Below are positions 1 through 13,015 of a stretch of DNA of 64,000 nt, in pieces. The first letter of the stretch is position 1. Each line of letters begins with the position of its first letter. Made by a program: the position numbers and the translations under genes. The notes beneath the pieces were generated by a model that ran no database searches, was not told the origin of the DNA, and saw only the letters and a program-made list of their open reading frames with translations. The stretch is from Escherichia phage radambza, in sequence record MN850639.1; one strand, given 5' to 3'.

Positions 1-3359
<3,359 letters not shown>

Positions 3360-3360
<1 letters not shown>

Positions 3361-3599
3361 TACATTTTTCCTGCTCTTCTAAGTTCGTTGTAAGCAATTT
3401 CCTCTTTATACGACCTCTGAATCTCAAGAAATTGTCTCAATGATAATAAATCAGAGAATGTCATAGCAAAGAGTTGGTCAAGTGTTTCTTTACACCCTTC
3501 CATACCATAAATAGCAAGCACAAATTTCATCTCGTCTGCTTCTTCATAGGTTGCCTCTACAGCAGCATCAGTTAGTGGTGTCTGTAGAGTGTTACCCAT
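3360..3599 (-). CDS. tail assembly chaperone, frameshift extension ORF (T-like part of a G/GT pair)
   Basis: 79-aa ORF in the -1 frame relative to the upstream 132-aa ORF; the -1 frame from the slippery site runs into it without a stop. Confidence 0.6.
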
Positions 3600-3601
3600 G
3601 T

Positions 3602-4000
3602 TTACTGAGAAGTTAGGCTTTTGAAAATGCTTGCTTCGAAAAAACTTCCGAAGTTTGCCTCCAGCGCAAATGCTAAGTAATCAATAAACTCACCGTAGTT
3701 TGCTTGGAAGTACGTATCAATATTAAGTGGGAAGTCGTCAACAGTTGCCCCTTGAAATAATAAGGTAGCCATCTCTTCAAGGTTAATTTCTTCAATTCTG
3801 TCAAAACAAGCTTCAACAAGTTCTTTAAATGGAACCATTGGAGCTTCTTTCTTACCCTTGTCAGTCAGACTTGACAGCATCTGTGCAAAAGTTGGAACAA
3901 CAATTTTACCCAACTTCATAGACATCTTAATACCATCTCTTGCCCCAAGCAGAACGATATTTACTTTCTTACCATTAATTACTCTAGATTCTGTTTTCAT
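3602..4000 (-). CDS. tail assembly chaperone (G-like)
   Basis: 132-aa ORF just upstream of tape measure; slippery heptamer T TTT TTC about 35 nt before its stop. Confidence 0.65.
   Translation of the reverse strand: MKTESRVINGKKVNIVLLGARDGIKMSMKLGKIVVPTFAQMLSSLTDKGKKEAPMVPFKELVEACFDRIEEINLEEMATLLFQGATVDDFPLNIDTYFQANYGEFIDYLAFALEANFGSFFEASIFKSLTSQ
3638..3644 (-). other. programmed -1 ribosomal frameshift slippery heptamer (minus-strand T TTT TTC)
   Basis: Plus-strand GAAAAAA; zero-frame codons AGT TTT TTC; -1 frame reads RSKHFQKPNFSVN then MGNTLQ... of the next ORF. Confidence 0.6.
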
Positions 4001-4073
4001 TGTGATTCCTTAATACTTTTAAAAGAAACAAAAAAGGGGAAGACCTTTTAAAGTCTCCCCCTTATAGGATTTA

Positions 4074-4520
4074 TTAAACACTTGACGCTGGAATTGTAGA
4101 AGTGTAGTCTAGCTTCTCACAACCAAAAATCCAAGTTTTAGAGTTCTGGTCACGACCAAGTTCAATCTGCGGTAATTCCTGCAACCAAGCATTAATACCA
4201 GTTGCCAGAACAGAGCCTGATGGGTCGTAGATTACGAAGTTAGAAGAGATATCTTCTTCAAGTTCCATATTGTCTTGTTTAGCTTGAATTGCAGAAAGCA
4301 TCTGGTTAGAGAGAGAAGTCTGCATTAACTCAATCTCAATAGTACCTGTCTTGTCTGCATTTCTTGTCAGAGCAACTTGACCACCTGCACCAACAACTGG
4401 TGTCACAAGTGGTGATGTTCTCTGTAGACGCAAGAATGAATCTGGGGCAAAGCCTTCAATGGCAATACCATTCCAGCTACATACAACGTCTTTAGGGGAA
4501 TATTGCTGATACATAGCCAT
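4074..4520 (-). CDS. tail tube protein (putative)
   Basis: 148 aa, ATG start; position between sheath-sized gene and chaperones; size typical of myovirus tube proteins. Confidence 0.5.
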   Translation of the reverse strand: MAMYQQYSPKDVVCSWNGIAIEGFAPDSFLRLQRTSPLVTPVVGAGGQVALTRNADKTGTIEIELMQTSLSNQMLSAIQAKQDNMELEEDISSNFVIYDPSGSVLATGINAWLQELPQIELGRDQNSKTWIFGCEKLDYTSTIPASSV

Positions 4521-4535
4521 TCCAATTTACCTCTA

Positions 4536-5888
4536 TTATTCGTAAGCCACTGTACCTTTCAAGTCAACATCCAAGATAGCCCCTGCTAAGATACCTGCGA
4601 AGGTAACATCTTTCAGGATACGAGCTTTCTTGTCTGCCAAAGCAACTTGAGAGGCTTTAGGAACATTAACTGTGTAAGATGACAGGAAGTTTCTGTTGAC
4701 TGCTCTTTGCAGAGAGGTTTCAATGACTTGACGAATACGGGTAATACCAGTATCATCATAAGTAATCTTACCACCCTTCTGGTTAATTAGCAAGTCTCTC
4801 AGAGAAGTTTTCAGGTCTGATTCTAACCAGTCAACACCACGGATGATATCAATCCATTCCCCACCAGAAGTAATCCCTCTACGAACCACTGGAACACCAC
4901 CATCAAGGTCAATAAAGTTACAGTGACGTGCATCTAAAGCTGACTTCTGAATACTTGTCAGAGGTCTCTGATTAGAAGGTTGTAGAGAAGCTGCTACACC
5001 AGTTAGCTGAGCATTACCCCAAGCAATTGAACCTGCATCATATGGAGCACCATAAGCAATGTATGCCATCTCTGGGTAATCTTCTGCTGCTGCGTGATGC
5101 CACAAGCAAACTGTACGAGTGTACATATTCTTAGCAAGCTGTGCTGGAACATCATTTGCACTGGCTAATTCTGTCCCTTGCAGTGCTGCTACATCAGAGT
5201 TAGCTGTAAAGAAGATTTTCTTGCGAGCCTGAATCTCAGAAGCCATCGCTAAGACAAACTGTTGAGTTCTGTCTTCTGCTGCAATGAAATACCAGTCGGT
5301 AGAATAAGCTTCGATAGCTGCCAGAGCAGTTGATGCTGTATCGGCAGTTGTACTTGCAATATACACAGTCTGTGCTGTGGTTGTTACTTTCACAAAGTCA
5401 TTATCACCAGCTTTGGTAATAATCATTGTGGCAGAGCCATTGCTACCAGTTACATTCACAGAAACCTTATCTTTGATTGTTGGGTCAGCTTCAATCTGTG
5501 TTTTAAACTGTTGCAACACTACCTCAGCAGTGTCTGAATCTTGTGCTGTGTACTGGTATGGTTGAGAAATTCCACCGCCAGCAGCTACAGTAATTGAGTA
5601 GTCTGTACTTTCGGTAACGGCATCAGGAATTGATACAGTGTACTGCATAGCACGTCTACCAATATAAAGCTGAGTTACTTTAGGAGTCTGACTCCAAAGT
5701 TGTTTAGCAGCCTTATATGCAGCAGAGTTTTCATCGAAATCTTCAGCAACTTCAGTTAAGGAAGTGTAACCACGGACTCTTTCTTCAAAGTTATCTGTTG
5801 AAGCTAAGAATAGTGGCAAACCAAAACCTTCTCTTGTAGTTCCTGCGGTGTTCAATGTAATATCTACATTAACAATTGGATTCCACAT
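4536..5888 (-). CDS. tail sheath protein (putative)
   Basis: 450 aa, ATG start; immediately upstream of tube gene; C-terminal GGEWIDIIRGVDWL region is sheath-like. Confidence 0.6.
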   Translation of the reverse strand: MWNPIVNVDITLNTAGTTREGFGLPLFLASTDNFEERVRGYTSLTEVAEDFDENSAAYKAAKQLWSQTPKVTQLYIGRRAMQYTVSIPDAVTESTDYSITVAAGGGISQPYQYTAQDSDTAEVVLQQFKTQIEADPTIKDKVSVNVTGSNGSATMIITKAGDNDFVKVTTTAQTVYIASTTADTASTALAAIEAYSTDWYFIAAEDRTQQFVLAMASEIQARKKIFFTANSDVAALQGTELASANDVPAQLAKNMYTRTVCLWHHAAAEDYPEMAYIAYGAPYDAGSIAWGNAQLTGVAASLQPSNQRPLTSIQKSALDARHCNFIDLDGGVPVVRRGITSGGEWIDIIRGVDWLESDLKTSLRDLLINQKGGKITYDDTGITRIRQVIETSLQRAVNRNFLSSYTVNVPKASQVALADKKARILKDVTFAGILAGAILDVDLKGTVAYE

Positions 5889-6488
5889 TTATTTTACCCC
5901 TTTGGAGTCTACATCTAGATGGATAGTATATTCTGGTGGCTCTTGTCCTTCTTCATAAACCAACTCACCATCAACAATGACACGCTCAATAATACTTCCA
6001 CGTTCATCCTTCAGGACTGAGTTTTTTACAAGAGTTACAACAAGAGGTGCAGAATTTTCGAAATCTGTATTGAGATAAGTATAGTCATTCGGGATAGCTC
6101 CAGTGTCTAGTACTGTAGCTCCTGTTTCTTCAAGGATTAAATCTCTGACTGAACTCATCTCTAATCGTTGTTTAAGCTCAAGCATAATACTGTGAGCACC
6201 TTTACCATTCACCGTAATTAATACTGGAATCTGAAAAGCAATTCTGTAGCAAACTACATCATCCTCAACAAACTTATCAAGAACCCAACCATAAGGTGTT
6301 GCAGCATCTTGACAATATACGGTAATAAATGGCTGGTCAGGTTTTAAACCTTTGTCATTTGAGTTATCAGAAGGGTAAGCTCTAATTACATTTGGTCTAT
6401 TATTCTTATCACGAGCTAATCTGTGACCAATAACATCCACTAAGGTTCTAACTAGACCTTTTTCAAGTTCTGCTGTTTCTAACTGCAT
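5889..6488 (-). CDS. head-tail joining / tail completion protein (putative)
   Basis: 199-aa ORF between capsid and sheath genes. Confidence 0.4.
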   Translation of the reverse strand: MQLETAELEKGLVRTLVDVIGHRLARDKNNRPNVIRAYPSDNSNDKGLKPDQPFITVYCQDAATPYGWVLDKFVEDDVVCYRIAFQIPVLITVNGKGAHSIMLELKQRLEMSSVRDLILEETGATVLDTGAIPNDYTYLNTDFENSAPLVVTLVKNSVLKDERGSIIERVIVDGELVYEEGQEPPEYTIHLDVDSKGVK

Positions 6489-6864
6489 TCATTTTATCCC
6501 TTCTAATAATGATATATTCATAATGGGACGTATGAGCTAATTGCTGTGACCAATCCATAGTCATAAATACTTCATACTCATGACCATCAATCATAACAAT
6601 ATCAGACTCATTCCACTCTACATCATCTGAAGTTCTAAGTTTATATGTGGTATACAGGATTCTTGTATCGGTAAGCCTAATACCTTCCGGTAAAGCAATC
6701 TGTGTACCATTCTTTACAGAACCTTTGATATATGGCTGGATATTACCTTTGCAGTTAACCTCTACAATATCTTGTGAAGCTACCCAATCACCATCATCAT
6801 TATAATAACCATCTTCAGAGACTTTACGCTTTACTACAAAGCTGTGTCTGTTTAAGAGTCTCAT
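6463..6864 (-). CDS. neck / head-tail connector protein (putative)
   Basis: 133-aa ORF, overlapping neighbours, in morphogenesis module. Confidence 0.4.
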   Translation of the reverse strand: MRLLNRHSFVVKRKVSEDGYYNDDGDWVASQDIVEVNCKGNIQPYIKGSVKNGTQIALPEGIRLTDTRILYTTYKLRTSDDVEWNESDIVMIDGHEYEVFMTMDWSQQLAHTSHYEYIIIRRDKMNAVRNSRT

Positions 6865-7343
6865 TTCTTAATACCCTTCTTAGTAGAAATTTTATAAGCA
6901 AGGTTATCTCTTAAGTCACCTGTCTCAACAAGAGGTGCATTAAAGCCTTTTTTCTTGACTGTGGAAGGTGCGTTAGGAGGGAGGATAGCAGAATTACCAA
7001 ACCCCCTTTTAATTACCTTTTGAGTATTCTTTGCAAATGCTTCTAAGGTATTTGAAGGGTCTGTGTTGAGACTGCTAAGTTGCTTATATAGATTCTTCTT
7101 AGTCTGCTCTAACAAGGTCTGTTTGTTTAGCATCATAGTGATTTCAAACAACCTACGATATACTTTACCAGAAGCTGAAGGAACCCCAATAACTTCTTGT
7201 AAATACATTAAAGCAGGATAAGAAAAACCAGAGCTATGTTGACCTTGTTCTTGAAAATACCCAACTTGAGCATTAGCCGTTTGCAAGTTCTTCATAGCCC
7301 CGACTAATTTTGCTCTAGCGGGGTGAATAACCCTTTTAACCAT
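6861..7343 (-). CDS. neck / head completion protein (putative)
   Basis: 160-aa ORF in morphogenesis module. Confidence 0.4.
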   Translation of the reverse strand: MVKRVIHPARAKLVGAMKNLQTANAQVGYFQEQGQHSSGFSYPALMYLQEVIGVPSASGKVYRRLFEITMMLNKQTLLEQTKKNLYKQLSSLNTDPSNTLEAFAKNTQKVIKRGFGNSAILPPNAPSTVKKKGFNAPLVETGDLRDNLAYKISTKKGIKK

Positions 7344-7792
7344 TATTCATCTCGCTCGATAATAAATACGCCATTAACACGGTTGCAGTAATCTCTGCCT
7401 TCGTATCTGGCAGCATCACCATATTCTGTGTATTTCTTGACAGAGCAAGGATTCTGACGACGCATGTCAATATCACACTGATTAATACCACCTGCATAGG
7501 GTAGTCCTGAAACAGAGCTTTTAACAAGGTCGTCATAAACAGCTTTCAGAGATTTGAATCTGGAAGAGTTACGTAAATAAACACCACCAACCTTCTCATC
7601 TCCCATCTTGGCTACTTGAAAGAGTAAATATTTAAGAGCTTTGATGGCTGCTTTCTTTTCATCCTTTCCAGATTCTAGATAGAACCACTCTAGCACAGAC
7701 TGTTCAATAAGAATTTCATCATTATTGGTGTCTGTGCAGAGGATTCTTACTCTATCAAGAGGGTTATTGGCTGGGTCGCCTGTATAACACAT
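7343..7792 (-). CDS. head-tail adaptor (putative)
   Basis: 149-aa ORF directly downstream of major capsid gene. Confidence 0.4.
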   Translation of the reverse strand: MCYTGDPANNPLDRVRILCTDTNNDEILIEQSVLEWFYLESGKDEKKAAIKALKYLLFQVAKMGDEKVGGVYLRNSSRFKSLKAVYDDLVKSSVSGLPYAGGINQCDIDMRRQNPCSVKKYTEYGDAARYEGRDYCNRVNGVFIIERDE

Positions 7793-7813
7793 TCATAACC
7801 CTCCTTAAGAATA

Positions 7814-8920
7814 TTAGTCAGCTTTAGCGTCAGCGCGAACATCTACCAGCAACTGAGGACGAGTACAGTATGGCAGCATGTAAGAGTGAGCTTCGAAGTC
7901 AATACCTTCGTCACGGTCTTTTTCGTATTCGAATACGTACAGTTCCTGACCAAGTGTATTTGCGTAACCCATCTTAGGACATGGACCATATGCAACTTCG
8001 AAGATGTTGTTAGCTTCACCCAGCATAGCTACGTTAGGGAAAGCATGACCAACACCAACAGTGTCTGCTACGCTGTCAATGCTAACCAGAGTGTGAACCT
8101 TACCACGCTTGTCTTTGAACTTACCGTTGTACTGGACAAACTTAACACCACCGTAGTAGAAGGTGTTCATATGAGCCTGAACGCCGTCAGTACCACCAGT
8201 TCTCAGAGAACCAGTAATCTGTTGCCAAGCCAGTGGGGTCTGCTGTGCAAGATAAGCGTCACGAATCTTAGGATGCTTAACCAGTTTGCTGAAGAATACA
8301 CGGTCAACAACTACGTGAATTTCTTCACCGTTGATTACAGTGCCAGTCTTAGCTTCGTCTTCCATGTGCATACGCAGTTCTTCAATAGAAGCGTCAATGT
8401 CAGCATTAGGGTTGTCAAGGTCGAAGTAAACAGTCTTCTTCTCAACGTCGAACTGCTTGTACAGGTCAGCGTACAGAGTACCACGAGCATCAACAACTTT
8501 ACCCTTCAGAGCTTGCATAAACAGGAACTCACGAGTAATATCGAACTTGGTACGAATCTTCATCAGCTTCTTAGCACGTACTACAGCTTCAGTAGTCAGT
8601 TCGTTTGCAGTGCCTGGCTGACGTACACCCTGAATTTCATCAGGAGTGATGCTTTCAACTTCTTTGAAGTACATCATTGGGAAGCTGATTTGACGAACAC
8701 GCTCAGGTGCGCTAGTCTCTGCTTTACGGCTATCACGGTCTACCGCATCAAGCAAGCTAACATCCCAATCAGTCAAGTCCATAAGGAAAGTAGTTTGGGT
8801 GATTGGTGCTGAACGGAACAGACCTAAGTTGGAAATATACCCATAAGTATTTGGGATAGACTGGACTTCACCAGTCAGGTCAGCAAGGAAAAATCTGCTT
8901 TTTTCAGAATTAGTCAACAT
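7814..8920 (-). CDS. major capsid protein
   Basis: 368 aa, ATG with GGAG SD; codon usage looks highly expressed; lambda-E-like order (protease, decoration, capsid). Confidence 0.85.
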   Translation of the reverse strand: MLTNSEKSRFFLADLTGEVQSIPNTYGYISNLGLFRSAPITQTTFLMDLTDWDVSLLDAVDRDSRKAETSAPERVRQISFPMMYFKEVESITPDEIQGVRQPGTANELTTEAVVRAKKLMKIRTKFDITREFLFMQALKGKVVDARGTLYADLYKQFDVEKKTVYFDLDNPNADIDASIEELRMHMEDEAKTGTVINGEEIHVVVDRVFFSKLVKHPKIRDAYLAQQTPLAWQQITGSLRTGGTDGVQAHMNTFYYGGVKFVQYNGKFKDKRGKVHTLVSIDSVADTVGVGHAFPNVAMLGEANNIFEVAYGPCPKMGYANTLGQELYVFEYEKDRDEGIDFEAHSYMLPYCTRPQLLVDVRADAKAD

Positions 8921-8953
8921 TGTAAAATTCTCCAGAATGTCTTATTATTGTTA

Positions 8954-9331
8954 TTACAGGCCAGTTGGTACGAAATCAATACCTTTAGCAGCCAGAGCTT
9001 TCTTGACTTCAGTAGCATCAACGCTTGATTCAAGAGTTAGCAGGTCTTTCAGTTCTGCATCACGGTGGATACCTACTACTTTCAACTGACCATGATAAGA
9101 CAGTTGCAGGTCTGCGTAGAAATTAACGATACATACAGAGTCTGCTTGGGCTTCTTCTCCAGCTTGTACCTTAGTACCATCTGCTTTCAGAACTTCACCT
9201 ACACGATACTCTGTAGATGCCTGTGGAGTGTACTCTTTACGAGAGTGGCCTGTTGGGGTAATCTGTTCCCAAAGAATGATATCATTCAGAGGTTCTCTGT
9301 TACCTAACTTAGTAAAACCTTGATATGCCAT
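8954..9331 (-). CDS. head decoration protein (putative)
   Basis: 125-aa ORF between protease/scaffold and capsid genes, as for lambda gpD. Confidence 0.45.
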   Translation of the reverse strand: MAYQGFTKLGNREPLNDIILWEQITPTGHSRKEYTPQASTEYRVGEVLKADGTKVQAGEEAQADSVCIVNFYADLQLSYHGQLKVVGIHRDAELKDLLTLESSVDATEVKKALAAKGIDFVPTGL

Positions 9332-9342
9332 TATTGTGTTCC

Positions 9343-10689
9343 TTATTTGATAAGAGATTTTAGAGCATTCTGGAGAGCCAGTTTGCGTTGTTCAGCGGTG
9401 TCTTCGGAAGCATTCTTAGCTGGTTCTTTTTCTTCTTCAACCAAATCAGCTTCGCCGTCATTACCCATTTCTTCCATAGCATTAGAATGTTCAAGAACAG
9501 CACCAGCAGTTTCTTTCAGCTTGGTAATTTCTGATTCTTTTTCTTCCATTGCAGAAGCATGGGACGCGATAGTTTCATTAAGTTTCTGGTTAGCACCTTC
9601 CATAGCATTCATAAACAGAACACTCAGAGGGTTATCAAGACCAGCACCTAAAATAGTCGTTGCAGCTTCTTTTGCATCAAACCCAAAAGCTTCAGCAGAA
9701 GCAGAAATCTTATTAGTCAAATCTGACAAAGCAGCTTCCTGTTCTTTAGCTTTCATTTGAGCAACCTGAAGACGCAAAGCTTCTAGTTCTTGCTTTTCTT
9801 GTTCAGTCATTTCTTCACCTGAATTGTTAACGTTTAAACTTACAGGAGCCTCTTCAGAACCTTGTAAGTAATTTAAGAAATCATCTTGAGACATGATTGA
9901 GTTAATTAAACCAAGTTCAAGAGCTTCCTGAGCAGAATAAACATTCGCCTCAGTATTCTTTACAGCTTCTTCAGAGAGATTACGAGATTCGGCTACAAAA
10001 CCTGTAAAGGTTGCGTAGGTATCATTAATTCTCTTTTGAAGTCTTTCTTTGCTTTCTTCTGAAAGTGCTTGGAATGGTGAACCCATACCTTTAAATTCAC
10101 CAGCTTTAATGACGTTAATTGTTACGCCATTCTTTTCAAATGCCTTAGTTAATTCCTGATGAACCATGATTACACCGATAGAACCAACATCTGCATCTGG
10201 TGATGCAATAATTTCTTCAGCAGAAGATGCAAGAGCGTATGCAGCGGAACAAGCGAACTCATCTACATAAGCAATAATTTTCTTTTGGCCTCTTGAAGCC
10301 ATAATGTGACGTGCTAATTCAAAGCAACCTGAAGCTTCACCACCACCGGAATCAATATGCAGAACAATAGTCTTGATTGACTCATCTGCTAAAGCTTCGT
10401 CAAAGCCTCTACGCAAACCTTCATAAGAGCTTAATCCACCTGTACACATTGCATCAATGAATGTCATACGATGGGTTAAACCACCCATAATAGGGATAAT
10501 AGCAATGTCATCTTTTACTTTTAAAAGACTTCTTGCTTCACCTTTGGGTTTATCAAAGTTTACTGCTGCTTGGACATCACCCAGCAATCTGTTATTCACA
10601 TAAGTTGCTGCTGAGTGAGCTAATGATTCAGTGGCTAGTAAAGGTTGGTTGAATAATCTATCAGCAAGTCTGAAGATATTCGAACTCAT
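9343..10689 (-). CDS. prohead protease (S49/ClpP family) fused to scaffold-like C-terminal domain
   Basis: 448 aa; TIVLHIDSGGGEASG peptidase motif; C-terminal half coiled-coil, Glu/Lys/Ala-rich. Confidence 0.85.
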   Translation of the reverse strand: MSSNIFRLADRLFNQPLLATESLAHSAATYVNNRLLGDVQAAVNFDKPKGEARSLLKVKDDIAIIPIMGGLTHRMTFIDAMCTGGLSSYEGLRRGFDEALADESIKTIVLHIDSGGGEASGCFELARHIMASRGQKKIIAYVDEFACSAAYALASSAEEIIASPDADVGSIGVIMVHQELTKAFEKNGVTINVIKAGEFKGMGSPFQALSEESKERLQKRINDTYATFTGFVAESRNLSEEAVKNTEANVYSAQEALELGLINSIMSQDDFLNYLQGSEEAPVSLNVNNSGEEMTEQEKQELEALRLQVAQMKAKEQEAALSDLTNKISASAEAFGFDAKEAATTILGAGLDNPLSVLFMNAMEGANQKLNETIASHASAMEEKESEITKLKETAGAVLEHSNAMEEMGNDGEADLVEEEKEPAKNASEDTAEQRKLALQNALKSLIK

Positions 10690-10700
10690 TTTTACTCACC

Positions 10701-11033
10701 CTATTTGTTTAAATCTACAGAGACTGAAGAGATAACATAGATACCTTCTTCAGCAAAGAATTGAGGTTTGCTAAGAGCACCAGTTGCCACGCATTTATCG
10801 TTAGCATCCCACAAGCTATAGTGTGAGACCGTTGCAGAAGCTGGAACAGTAATGTTAACTGTGTCTTCTGAGGCAATTAAGCCATTATCCGGTTCAGAAA
10901 AATAAATAGCCACTGGCTGAGTAACCTTATTTGCTGTAGGGTCTGCCGTTGGGTCTACATTGTGTAAAATAATAGTCGTTGGGGTTAGCGTGGCGAGGAT
11001 TTTATTCTTACCATCAATAGTTAATGTTCCCAT
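10701..11033 (-). CDS. hypothetical head-module protein
   Basis: 110-aa ORF, ATG start, between portal and protease. Confidence 0.4.
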   Translation of the reverse strand: MGTLTIDGKNKILATLTPTTIILHNVDPTADPTANKVTQPVAIYFSEPDNGLIASEDTVNITVPASATVSHYSLWDANDKCVATGALSKPQFFAEEGIYVISSVSVDLNK

Positions 11034-11533
11034 TAATTAAACCTTACTTTTTGTTTAAGGACTGTTGAATGGTTACCAGATTCATCTACCACATTTACAA
11101 TCATATCATATACTTTGCCTTTGACAAGTACTTTGTAATCATTTTGTGAAAAAATGTATTCAAGTCTGTTTGTTTCTTTATTAACTGTCATTGGAGATTG
11201 AAATGCAGTGTCGAGGGTAATGAAAGCGGCTTCAATGCTATTAACATTGATACGTTTATTCTCGCAGTTATATAACTTTACACCCAAAAGGCATGAACTG
11301 TCAAATGGAATTTTAACAATTTCACTACAATTTCCTGAAATAAACGGTTTTCCACTCATTGGAGCATCAAGTAACCTGCAAATAGTGAAAACGTCAGAGG
11401 TTCCACCATCACTTACATAACCTGAAAGGCTGACCCTTGAGCCAGCCTCTACAGATAATTTGTCAGTGATAATAAGAACACCTCTATACGAATGCACCCG
11501 TGTAGCATTTGAAATAGAGATAACTTCAGCCAT
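11033..11533 (-). CDS. hypothetical head-module protein
   Basis: 166-aa ORF, ATG start overlapping portal stop. Confidence 0.4.
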   Translation of the reverse strand: MAEVISISNATRVHSYRGVLIITDKLSVEAGSRVSLSGYVSDGGTSDVFTICRLLDAPMSGKPFISGNCSEIVKIPFDSSCLLGVKLYNCENKRINVNSIEAAFITLDTAFQSPMTVNKETNRLEYIFSQNDYKVLVKGKVYDMIVNVVDESGNHSTVLKQKVRFN

Positions 11534-12999
11534 TATTTATTTGCCTTATTTGCTGTGCTTGGGTCTTTCGCTGAAGGTGTCTTTGCAGTACCTTCTCCAG
11601 CGGTCTTATAACCATCTCCTGAACGGCTTTGGCTATTTGGAGAAAGCTTTTCAGATACTGGCTGAGACTCATCAGCAGGAGGAAGACCAATATGCTCTCT
11701 AAGTTTGTTAGATAGCTCTTTGTCAACTTCCAAAGCACCTACTGCAACAGTCTTCTGAATATAAGAACCAATTGCTTCAAGGTCTGGAGTTTCGATATCA
11801 TCATATGTGATTTGTACATGCTCTTCATCATCCCACATATTAAGAGCATAAGTCTGTGCAACTAAATCACGGTTAATTACGTTCTTAATTTGCTTCAGCA
11901 GAATATCTACTGACATTGCTAATAAGCTTGTCTTAGAATCTGCAAGAGAGAATGAACCATATTTTGACTGACCCATAGCAAGAACATCTGACATAAATGC
12001 CATCATAATCTGCTTAGAATATCTGTCAATGATAGAACCTGTGTCATACGCTTTAGCACCCTGTCTAGAAACTAATGAGAACTCAAAGATATCCTCTTTA
12101 GTTTCTGGGTCGATATATCTAGGCCAGATTAAACCTGCTCTATCATTAGCAATCATATCATTAACAACAGTTTTGCAGTATTGTACGAAAGCTTTCTTTT
12201 CAGGTTCTGCATTTTCATCCAGATAATCTGGTGGTAAACCAATTTTTGGCATACCTACCAAGTCTCTTGAAACACCAACAGCTTCATACTCTTCAATCTG
12301 TACTTTATATTTCCACGGTACATAAGCATTAAGTAATGGTGAACGACCTTCTGGGTTTCCATATTCATCGTCATACTTAAACAGCATGAATTTAGCTCGT
12401 GGAAGTTTTCTTGTCAGTGGTCTTTCTCCGAGATTAATTGCTCCAGCAATATGTGAAACATTTCTCAGATTCTGTCTAACACCAGTAACTTTTCTAAAGT
12501 CTTCGTCAAAGTACCACTTATCAAGCGTTGACTGATTTCTGATTGGTAATTTAGCCCATCCAATTAGACCATCATCAAATTTTGACTGGTACTTTCCTTT
12601 CTTACCCTGACGTTTCTTATAAACCTTTTCATTAACACAGAACCCATAAGTGCAGAATGACATTACAGAGTTAATAAAATCTGCCCAATCATGCTCCATG
12701 TCATCCATTAAAGAATTAAAGAAGTCTGCTCTTTCAAGCATTTTAGGGTCTTGCTCTTTTCCCTTTGGAGGTACAAATCTCCAGTTGACTTTTCTGACAA
12801 ACATCTTAATAATATTTACAGATGCTGCTACAGCAGGGTCACGCATCATTAATTGGAAAGTTTTAATACTTTCAGGGAACCTTAGTGCCTGACGAGGTTC
12901 TTCATAGATTCTTCCATTCTTAACCTTCAGACCCAAAGAACCTACTTCACCCATTCTAAATGGTGGTAAGCTTTCTTGTGTTTCTGTAATATCTGCCAT
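11533..12999 (-). CDS. portal protein
   Basis: About 488 aa; ORF-track start is GTG at 13008, trimmed to ATG at 12997-12999 with GGTGAG SD; directly downstream of terminase. Confidence 0.75.
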   Translation of the reverse strand: MADITETQESLPPFRMGEVGSLGLKVKNGRIYEEPRQALRFPESIKTFQLMMRDPAVAASVNIIKMFVRKVNWRFVPPKGKEQDPKMLERADFFNSLMDDMEHDWADFINSVMSFCTYGFCVNEKVYKKRQGKKGKYQSKFDDGLIGWAKLPIRNQSTLDKWYFDEDFRKVTGVRQNLRNVSHIAGAINLGERPLTRKLPRAKFMLFKYDDEYGNPEGRSPLLNAYVPWKYKVQIEEYEAVGVSRDLVGMPKIGLPPDYLDENAEPEKKAFVQYCKTVVNDMIANDRAGLIWPRYIDPETKEDIFEFSLVSRQGAKAYDTGSIIDRYSKQIMMAFMSDVLAMGQSKYGSFSLADSKTSLLAMSVDILLKQIKNVINRDLVAQTYALNMWDDEEHVQITYDDIETPDLEAIGSYIQKTVAVGALEVDKELSNKLREHIGLPPADESQPVSEKLSPNSQSRSGDGYKTAGEGTAKTPSAKDPSTANKANK

Positions 13000-13015
13000 T
13001 CTTCTCACCTAGCTA

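Noticed and set aside
7886-8812. 308-aa plus-strand ORF antisense to the major capsid gene
   Set aside because: Fully contained within a strongly supported minus-strand gene, low-complexity translation, no RBS; antisense artefact.
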